This document shows positions 1 through 6,861 of a stretch of 64,000 nucleotides of DNA, in pieces. The notes under the pieces were generated by a model. That model was not told the DNA's origin. It searched no databases and saw only the letters and a list, made by a program, of their open reading frames with translations. Every line of letters begins with the position of its first letter. The first letter of the stretch is position 1. The DNA lies in NCBI GenBank assembly GCA_009838965.1, contig VXQP01000081.1, positions 7,854 through 71,853 on the forward strand, given 5' to 3'. Both the position numbers and the translations under genes were made by a program. The DNA is from Chloroflexota bacterium (lineage in GTDB: Bacteria > Chloroflexota > Dehalococcoidia > Lucifugimonadales > Australimonadaceae).

Positions 1-245
1 CCACCACAGCAAAAGGCGATACTCGTGTATACCGCGGGGATCGCCAACCCGATAATCACCCAGATGCGGCGATTCAGGCGCAATGCCCTTGAGGCCACTA
101 CGCGGTCGGGTGTCACCGGGATGTCCTCGCTGCCCAGTATCTTCTGCTCTTGGCGCCCACAGCCGCCGAGCGGGGAGGACAAGCGGACGTGCGGTCGAGT
201 ACCATGAGCGAGGATGCCATGATTTCGGCGGCAGCCACTATCCAC
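1..245 (-). CDS. Possible 5' part of a membrane-protein gene running off the left edge (very tentative)
   Basis: The minus-strand frame stays open to the window edge. Its translation ends ...RALRLNRRIWVIIGLAIPAVYTSIAFCCGG, a basic stretch followed by a TM-like helix. The start is uncertain (GTG 245, GTG 263 or TTG 182). It is absent from the ORF track because there is no stop inside the window. Confidence 0.2.
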   Translation of the reverse strand, partial: MDSGCRRNHGILAHGTRPHVRLSSPLGGCGRQEQKILGSEDIPVTPDRVVASRALRLNRRIWVIIGLAIPAVYTSIAFCCG

Positions 246-335
246 CGGCTGGCAGTGATCCACCCGGAACGTTAGTGACTTCAACCAGCTTGGCGTTGAG
301 TTGGAGAATCCCTTCGAACTCCAGGAGACCGAAGC

Positions 336-1193
336 ATGCAGTCACACGGGCAAGACCCATCGGTAACTGTAATGGACAACCTGATACAGAGTGCCGGACA
401 ACCGGATAGCAGGCCGTTCCGGGAGCGCGCTCGCATGATCGGTGCTGTGTATACGATTTCGTATACAGAGGCCATAGTCGCCGTATACGACTACGATAGG
501 GAGCAAGCTGGTGGCCTGCCCAAGAGCACGTTTCTTATGGCAGCAAAGCCCGAAGGAGACGAATCATTTGTATTGCTCAGAATACAGAAGGAGGCCCGGC
601 TTCCATCAGCTGCGGCCAACGACCAGACAAGGCAAGAGACTATCGAGGACTCAGGTAATCAGGGACACTGGTCGGATAGGCTGCCCGATTGGGTAAGAGA
701 CAAGATGTCTTTGCATGGATTGGAATGCTCGGTGCTGGGTACTTTCGTAGCTGAATCCAACGGCCGTTACCGATATGCCGAGGATATCGACAACTACTAC
801 GCTGTCAATCAGCTGATGGTGTGGAAACCAGATGCTGTATCGCTGGACGTGATAGTGAATCACCAACACCGCACCAACGACATACCGGTCGCCCGCAAGG
901 CTGCCAAAATAGGCCGCACTAGGTTTGCAGCAGCTGAACCGTCTAATGCAACCAAGGCGGACTTCAGGATCAACCCAACGGACATCATGAAGAGGCGGAC
1001 TGCATACTTTGGCATGTCACGTTCCGGCAAGTCCAATGGCCTCAAGATCGTAGCGGAAAACATCTACCGGATACGAGACGACAATCCAGCTCATCGAGTC
1101 GGGCAGATCATATTCGACCTAAGCGGCGAGTATGCTCAGGACAATTATCAAGACGGTAAGGGGCTACACCGGGTACACGAGACGCTGGGCTGA
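336..1193 (+). CDS. HerA/FtsK-superfamily (DUF87-like) ATPase, N-terminal piece (barrel-like N-terminus plus Walker A), ended by an in-frame TGA
   Basis: AGGAGA RBS 7 nt upstream of the ATG. IGAVYTISYTEAIVAVYDYD beta-rich N-terminus. Walker A is FGMSRSGKSN. Same reading frame as ORF 1257..2522. Confidence 0.75.
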   Translation: MQSHGQDPSVTVMDNLIQSAGQPDSRPFRERARMIGAVYTISYTEAIVAVYDYDREQAGGLPKSTFLMAAKPEGDESFVLLRIQKEARLPSAAANDQTRQETIEDSGNQGHWSDRLPDWVRDKMSLHGLECSVLGTFVAESNGRYRYAEDIDNYYAVNQLMVWKPDAVSLDVIVNHQHRTNDIPVARKAAKIGRTRFAAAEPSNATKADFRINPTDIMKRRTAYFGMSRSGKSNGLKIVAENIYRIRDDNPAHRVGQIIFDLSGEYAQDNYQDGKGLHRVHETLG

Positions 1194-1256
1194 CCTAGGC
1201 AATCCGAAATAGCCACCTATGGGCTTATCCCCGTTCCATGGGACACTGACCGCAAA

Positions 1257-2522
1257 GTGATGAAGCTGAACTTCTTTGGAGACCCAGTTCCTCGATCGTG
1301 GCAAACACCGCAAGACACTGTTGCCGTTGAGCAAGCACTTGACCAGATGATAGCAGGCAAGGAAATCATTCGGGGTATCATGGCCAATGAGACAGCCCGC
1401 TACACGACCGCCTTCCGTGACGCTGATCTTGCAGTTGAGGCGAGTGCAGCCGGAAACAGAAGTGCCCAGACACGATACTATAGAGCCATCCTGGCATACC
1501 GGACTGCGCTTGCAGCGGCAGGTCTTCAGACGCCCAGTTGGCAACCCTCCATACAAGGACCTGGACAAAACCCTGTTTTCTCACAGGATCTAGTCACTGC
1601 ACTTAGACACAACGACAATGCCAGCAGTGATTACCAGACGGATTACATACAGGCAGCCGCAATCATCGAAAACTCGGTCAACAACCAGTTCAACATTAAT
1701 TGGGATCAGCTCATTGCACTTTTCTCGGCGTTAGCTCGGTTCGTCGATGACCGGAGAAGCCGATTCCCAAGGTTTGAACAGGACTACATCGCACAGAGCT
1801 CAACTCAAGAATCGTGGGCTGACCCCAGATTTCGCGCTCTCTTGCGCATTTTCGAATCCCGAAACGGACCTCGATCTTTTCAGACAGCCCAAGAGCAACA
1901 CGACCCTAGCACCACCAACGATTTTGCTGAAGCTGTTGTAGATGACCTCAGAAGTGGTAAGCTGGTCATCATCGACCAGTCCGCTGGAGACCCAGAGCAG
2001 AATTTGGCCGCTGCCGAACGGGTGATGTGGCGTATTTTCCGGTCTCAGCAAGAGAGATTCAGGAGCGTCTTGGTCAATTACGACCCAACCGCGCCTCCCG
2101 ACGAGGACACGGCAACCGAAGGCCACATCATTATCTACATCGAAGAAGCTCATAACCTGCTGCCCCGTGCCAACTCTCGCGACAACCTGACTACCGTATG
2201 GGCCAGGGCAGCAAAGGAAGGGAGTAAGCTCAACATTGGAATGGTACTGGCGACGCAAGCTCCCAGCTCGGTAATGCCGGAAATTCTTAGCGAGACGGAC
2301 AATTGGGTTCTGTCATATCTCAATTCCGCTTCCGAACGACGTGTAGTGGCCGACTACATGGATTTTGCTGACTTCGTAGAGCAGATTGGCAAAGTGAGCG
2401 AACAGGGGTTTGTGCGCATTAGAACCCTCTCACAAGCATACACAGTTCCAGTTCAGTTGGACCGATTCCAGCTCACTGATGCGTCTACTCAGCCCAATCA
2501 AAACGCCGACGGGCAACCCTAG
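1257..2522 (+). CDS. HerA/FtsK-superfamily ATPase, C-terminal piece (Walker B and downstream motifs); probably one gene with 336..1193
   Basis: GKLVIIDQS, Walker B IIIYIEEAHNLLP, GMVLATQAPSS and NWVLSYLNS motifs. No SD before GTG1257/ATG1260. In frame with the upstream piece. Confidence 0.75.
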   Translation: MMKLNFFGDPVPRSWQTPQDTVAVEQALDQMIAGKEIIRGIMANETARYTTAFRDADLAVEASAAGNRSAQTRYYRAILAYRTALAAAGLQTPSWQPSIQGPGQNPVFSQDLVTALRHNDNASSDYQTDYIQAAAIIENSVNNQFNINWDQLIALFSALARFVDDRRSRFPRFEQDYIAQSSTQESWADPRFRALLRIFESRNGPRSFQTAQEQHDPSTTNDFAEAVVDDLRSGKLVIIDQSAGDPEQNLAAAERVMWRIFRSQQERFRSVLVNYDPTAPPDEDTATEGHIIIYIEEAHNLLPRANSRDNLTTVWARAAKEGSKLNIGMVLATQAPSSVMPEILSETDNWVLSYLNSASERRVVADYMDFADFVEQIGKVSEQGFVRIRTLSQAYTVPVQLDRFQLTDASTQPNQNADGQP

Positions 2523-2548
2523 AGGCGTGTGGGTCGGTAGGAGAGGCA

Positions 2549-3862
2549 ATGCCATACGCAGATGAGAGGGCTGGGCTAGCAGCCATACAGGCGATAGCCG
2601 ATAGCGATGAATTCGAGGACTTCCGTGCTCGGCTACAACCTCCTAGGCTGAATGCAGTACTGGATCTTCCACCTTTTGCGCCGAACCCCGCTGGCAGATC
2701 GAGGACTCACCTAGTGGCTATAGATGGTTCCCAAGTGTACGACCATTTCCCTGGCAGCCTTCCGGACACCCAAGCCGGAGTAGTGTCGCTCGGCGTAGTG
2801 GTAATAAACTTGGGGAAATTGGCGTCCCTCCAGAAGTTACCTCAAAGTCGCTCGGTAGACCCAAGGGAATTAAGGAATACCGAAGATGGCCGAAGTTTGG
2901 GAGCACTATTGCCAGGCAGTAACGCTGGAACTGTGGACGGATTGAGCCCTAGGGACTGGTTCCGCCAACGCTTCAACGACATCTTGAACAACATTTCATT
3001 AGGTGGAGAAACATTTGCTGAAAGCCTCTACCACATTCTTGGTAGAGACCACGAAATCCGACGATGCCCTAACTCAAAGTGCAGTGCCCGAAATCTGGTG
3101 ATGCCTTCGCCAGGTAACCAGGGAACTTGCTCACTGTGCAATACAACAATCTTGACGACCGATGCTCTCAGAATCCATGAACAGTTCATAGAGAACCAGT
3201 CTGCGGTAGAGTGTCACATCAGAGTAATGCAGACTCTAGAAATGCTGGCTCTAGTTAATAGCTTGCGCCATTTGATGAAATCTGAGATGGGCTTAACGGC
3301 GATAACCAACACGGCGTTCGTCATGGACGGCCAACTCGCTGCCTTCGGAACAATCGCGGTCCTAGCTCAGGCTATCCGGAAGGAGCTGCAGGTCATCCAA
3401 AAAACCCTAGAGGAACGCCATCCAGACGCTCAGTTGCTTGTCATGTCCGGCGTTAAGAGCGGGCCTTTCGTGAACCACGCTGAAGAGCTAGATAGGGCTC
3501 CAGCACCAAACAAGAGAATTCCACTCAACCACTACTGGCTGCCCAACAACCAGTACATAAGAGACCACATCGTTGCTGGCCATTCTGATGATCCTGCGCC
3601 ATGGGGAGAGGTGACCCATTACGGGCGCCCCGTGATACTCAAGACTGGTAGTGGGCAACGCCTCGTACTAAACATTGCCCAGCCGGAGGTTGAACCGCCG
3701 CTCACCGACCGGGGGATACCTCATGTCCTCGGGGACGCAATCGGTACTGCCGAACCCTTGGGGTTAGGTACAGACCAGTTCCTTGCCTTGCGGAGGGCGC
3801 ACCGTTGGGCTGCAATCCCGCTAAAGACCGGCACAGACCTCATCCATAGCTTGGTAACATGA
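2549..3862 (+). CDS. NurA-like nuclease with an inserted Cys4 zinc ribbon
   Basis: THLVAIDGSQ near the N-terminus, AFVMDGQLAAFG and MSGVKSGPF motifs. CPNSKC...CSLC. AGGAGAGG RBS. Directly follows the HerA-like gene, the canonical herA-nurA order. Confidence 0.65.
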   Translation: MPYADERAGLAAIQAIADSDEFEDFRARLQPPRLNAVLDLPPFAPNPAGRSRTHLVAIDGSQVYDHFPGSLPDTQAGVVSLGVVVINLGKLASLQKLPQSRSVDPRELRNTEDGRSLGALLPGSNAGTVDGLSPRDWFRQRFNDILNNISLGGETFAESLYHILGRDHEIRRCPNSKCSARNLVMPSPGNQGTCSLCNTTILTTDALRIHEQFIENQSAVECHIRVMQTLEMLALVNSLRHLMKSEMGLTAITNTAFVMDGQLAAFGTIAVLAQAIRKELQVIQKTLEERHPDAQLLVMSGVKSGPFVNHAEELDRAPAPNKRIPLNHYWLPNNQYIRDHIVAGHSDDPAPWGEVTHYGRPVILKTGSGQRLVLNIAQPEVEPPLTDRGIPHVLGDAIGTAEPLGLGTDQFLALRRAHRWAAIPLKTGTDLIHSLVT

Positions 3863-5016
3863 AGGCCAAGCCACAGGTGGAATCCGTGAGCACAAGCATT
3901 TGGCATCGCAATACAGCTGCCGGGCGGTGGTACGGATTCGGTCGCTACTATGCGATGTTCCCCCAGCGTTTTGTCCACGACGCGATCCTTAATCTCACGA
4001 GGGCGGAGGAAACCATCCTCGACCCGTTCTGTGGCCGAGGCAACGGACCCTTCGCTGCGACCGTGCTAGGTCGAGGCGCCCTCGGGATAGATGTCAATCC
4101 CATTGCGTGGTTGTTCGCGGCAGCCAAACTGCAGCCCGCAGGGACTCCTGAACAGGTCATGGCTAGACTGGCCGAAATCGCTAAGGCGCGTCGTCCTAAC
4201 GACCGGCGGAGCCGCAGCCGGTTTGAAGCAATGGCTTGGGCTCCTGCGGTAAGAGCACTGTTGAAGGCGGCGCGTCGGGAACTTGATTGGCGAGATTCGA
4301 CCGTGGATCGAACTCTAATGGCATTCCTTACGTTGCATATGCAGGACAAGCAGGGCTGTGGTTTATCGAATGTTATGTCCCCTACTATCGCCTTTTCACC
4401 CACGTACGCTGTGAAATGGTGGACGAAAAAGGGGTTACTTCAACCACCGGATATAGATCCAGTTGCAATGCTGGAAGACAAGATCTATCGTCGCTACGAG
4501 CGAGGTATCCCGGCACAGGCTTCCGGAACAGTGTTGCTAGGTGATTCTCGCCAAGAACTCCCCCAGCGGATCCGCGTTGATGCCGCGCTGTTGGTCACAT
4601 CGCCACCTTACTGTGGTGTCACCGACTACTGGAATGACCATTGGATCAGGCTGTGGATGCTTGGATTTCCATTCCAGAAGAATTGGAAGAGATCGGCACG
4701 CTTTAACAACAACAAGGAGTACCAAGAACTGATCACTTCTGTCTTTCAGGAGTCCAAGAAGCACCTGAAGAAGGGAGCCGCGATTCTTATTCGAAGTGAC
4801 CAGCGCCGAAGCACTGCGGAAATGTGTATGGCGGCCATGAGGGAGGTGTGGCCTCGGAAGAAACTCCTGATCCGAAGCACTACGGCCCCTCATGCGGGAA
4901 TCTCGAACAACCACGGGCGTGGTGGGCGTAAGGCCAAGGAGATTGACCTATTGATGCCGGGCAGTAGAGCTGTCGCGTGGTGGCAAAGCCAAGGATTCAC
5001 TCCATCTGCAGCGTAG
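3859..5016 (+). CDS. DNA methyltransferase (N6-adenine/N4-cytosine type, AdoMet motif before catalytic SPPY)
   Basis: MFPQRFVHDAILNLTRAEETILDPFCGRGNG (motifs X and I) and LLVTSPPYCGVTDYW (motif IV). Its ATG overlaps the upstream stop (ATGA). Confidence 0.8.
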   Translation: MKAKPQVESVSTSIWHRNTAAGRWYGFGRYYAMFPQRFVHDAILNLTRAEETILDPFCGRGNGPFAATVLGRGALGIDVNPIAWLFAAAKLQPAGTPEQVMARLAEIAKARRPNDRRSRSRFEAMAWAPAVRALLKAARRELDWRDSTVDRTLMAFLTLHMQDKQGCGLSNVMSPTIAFSPTYAVKWWTKKGLLQPPDIDPVAMLEDKIYRRYERGIPAQASGTVLLGDSRQELPQRIRVDAALLVTSPPYCGVTDYWNDHWIRLWMLGFPFQKNWKRSARFNNNKEYQELITSVFQESKKHLKKGAAILIRSDQRRSTAEMCMAAMREVWPRKKLLIRSTTAPHAGISNNHGRGGRKAKEIDLLMPGSRAVAWWQSQGFTPSAA

Positions 5017-5372
5017 CTGGTCCTTGAGCGACTCGAACGCGGCCACCGACAGCGTGAATCTGAGGGTGAAAGTTCCTTGGCTTCGTCAAGCGTGTTGGGC
5101 CTCGACGCACTTCGGGCAGATGCGGAGCAAGGTCAAAGCCTGCAGGGCGAGGGCGGAGTTCAATGCCCTGTTGTGCGTGGGCGCTAGTGCGAGCCTCCCG
5201 CTGACGTGGTACAGAGCAGGGCACTTCGCACCCTACAGCGCTACCTCCCACTGGAAAGTTCGCAACACGGTAGCCTCAGGTTCACCATGGACGGGGCAAA
5301 GGAGGCTGGCGCAGATTCCCCGGATTAGTGACACGCGCCCGTTTCGCGGTTGCTCGTCCGGGCGGTACGCTG

Positions 5373-5554
5373 GTCGCATAACTGTCGTACTGGCATCAGA
5401 GTCCGGCCGTGGCGAAAGCGACAGAATGCGACAGTTGTCAGAAACACCCGGTCGCCGTCGCTCTTGGCGGCCTCCGCTCTAGGAGTGGAGAGGCTGTCGC
5501 ATAAGTGTCGCTTTGTGTCGTATCCGCGGTGTGCGGTGTCGCATTTCCGTCGCG
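5373..5554. repeat. Cluster of TGTCGCAT-N2-4-YGTCG motifs (direct and inverted copies) in a convergent intergenic region
   Basis: Plus-strand copies at 5373-5389, 5494-5520 and 5537-5553. Minus-strand copy at 5415-5434. Degenerate copies at 5451-5461 and 5567-5577. Confidence 0.6.
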
Positions 5555-5577
5555 CGATGCTGCGCGGGTGTCGCGCC

Positions 5578-6744
5578 CTACGTCTCGCGTTCGTTGGTGA
5601 CGCTGGCGTCGCCGGTGCAGTAGGGGATGAAGTTCTTCATGTGGCAGATCGCGCCGGTCTTGGCGAGTTCGGCCTCGAAGAGGTCGTGTATCTCGCGGGC
5701 CTCGTCCTCGTACTCGATCTGCCTGCCGCCGGACTTCATGCTGACGTCCGCGCCGGGGCGGGAGCCCCCGTAGGGCGGGACGAGGCCGTGCTCGCCCTGC
5801 CGCAGTGCGAGGTAACGCGCCCGCTTCGTGCCTGCGTTGAAGTGCTGGTGGAACGTCCGCTCGCTGGGGACGACGACCATGGAGCCCTTCTTCCAGTCCA
5901 CCTTCCGCATGTCGGAGCGGTCGTCCTCGTTCCAGAGGAGGGAGAAGCCAGCGTCGCCGCTGAGGATGATGAGGTGCGCGCCGGGGCCGTGGTGGTGTGC
6001 CTTCTTGTAGGTGCCGACGGGGAACTCGGAGATGTGCGCGGTGATGCTGTTCTTGGCCATCTCCAACTGCGCGTTGATGCCGCCCGCGCCGCGCAATGGC
6101 ATACCGTAGAGCGGCATGTTGTCGGCGTTGGGGATGAAGTTGGACTCCCAGACGCGCCCGTTGTAGAGCTTGCCGCTGCCGTTGTAGGAGTCGTCCGCGT
6201 AGCGGTTGGAGAAGACGTACGGCAGGTTGAAGATGAAGTGGTTGTCGCGGTAGAGGCGCATGATGGGCGGCGCGCTGGTGACGGCGATGTAGCGCGCAGG
6301 TTCGGCGCCGGAGCCGTTGAAGAGCTGGTACCAGGCGTTCAGCGGGATGGCGAAGACGCTGCCCGCCTTCCACTCGAACGTCTGCTTGCGGCTCTCGTCC
6401 ACCCAGATGCTCGTCGCGCCCCTGCCGGAGAGGACGTACATCTGCGTCTCGTACATGTGGTGGACGGGCTCCGACTTGCCGCCGGGCGCGATCTCAACGA
6501 CGTGGGCGTCGTTCGGCAGCAGGCGGTTCGGGATGTTGATGATGGCGCCGCTGCCGCCCTTCGGCTCCCACGGCGAGAGTTCGAGCGCGTTGAGGTTCTC
6601 GAAGGCGTATTCGACGATGAGCGGCACGCCCTGTTCGCGAACCCACGCCATGTACGGGTCGTCGACCTCGAAGTCGCCGAGAGGTTCCGCGGGCTCCGCA
6701 GCCCGGAGCATCCGACTGTCCTGCGTGCCTGCGCTGGTGGCCAT
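5578..6744 (-). CDS. Bicupin (two cupin domains) protein, dioxygenase/isomerase-like, function unknown
   Basis: Two cupin-like halves (VHHMYETQMYVLSGRG..., KKAHHHGPGAHLIILSGDAGFS). GAAGGAG RBS before ATG 6744. The longer ORF start at 6816 is judged spurious. Confidence 0.7.
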   Translation of the reverse strand: MATSAGTQDSRMLRAAEPAEPLGDFEVDDPYMAWVREQGVPLIVEYAFENLNALELSPWEPKGGSGAIINIPNRLLPNDAHVVEIAPGGKSEPVHHMYETQMYVLSGRGATSIWVDESRKQTFEWKAGSVFAIPLNAWYQLFNGSGAEPARYIAVTSAPPIMRLYRDNHFIFNLPYVFSNRYADDSYNGSGKLYNGRVWESNFIPNADNMPLYGMPLRGAGGINAQLEMAKNSITAHISEFPVGTYKKAHHHGPGAHLIILSGDAGFSLLWNEDDRSDMRKVDWKKGSMVVVPSERTFHQHFNAGTKRARYLALRQGEHGLVPPYGGSRPGADVSMKSGGRQIEYEDEAREIHDLFEAELAKTGAICHMKNFIPYCTGDASVTNERET

Positions 6745-6772
6745 GGCGTTGCTCCTTCTGCTCTGAAAGTGA

Positions 6773-6800
6773 AAGGGCGGGAGCACCAGCCCCCGCCCTT
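6773..6800 (-). terminator. Hairpin between the two bicupin genes
   Basis: AAGGGCGGG (6773-6781) pairs with CCCGCCCTT (6792-6800). On the minus strand it is followed by TCACTTTC and then the RBS of the downstream gene. Confidence 0.45.
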
Positions 6801-6805
6801 CGCTG

Positions 6806-6858
6806 TTTACCCTCACCCGCCGCCGCTGCGCGGCGACCTCTCCTCTCTAGGGAGAGGT
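6806..6858. repeat. REP-like GC-rich element, copy A
   Basis: ACCCTCACCCGCCGCCGCTGCGCGGCGACC followed by the hairpin CCTCTCC-7nt-GGAGAGG. Related copies lie at 26921-26967 and 29690-29763. Confidence 0.6.
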
Positions 6859-6861
6859 GTA

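Noticed and set aside
1191-1193. The TGA in the HerA-like gene as selenocysteine or a reassigned codon
   Set aside because: Many neighbouring genes end properly at TGA (for example the NurA-like gene, the phosphatase at 57478 and the Fur-like gene), so the code is standard. I see no convincing SECIS-type hairpin directly downstream, and a Sec residue in a linker after Walker A has no rationale.
5018-5047. tRNA-like 3' end on the minus strand (GCGTTCGAGTCGCTCAAGGACCA) as an attachment-site remnant
   Set aside because: A TTCGAGT T-loop-like string and a terminal CCA are present. However, the T-stem closes with only 3 bp, the acceptor segment is too short, and there is no match to the two tRNAs in the window. 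This is too weak to call, but worth a tRNA-fragment search when the left flank is available.
5024-5482. 152-aa plus-strand ORF, and the 84-aa minus-strand ORF (4997-5251), in the island boundary spacer
   Set aside because: They have no RBS, an Arg/Ser/Cys-rich composition unlike real genes here, and overlap the repeat cluster. They are more likely non-coding.
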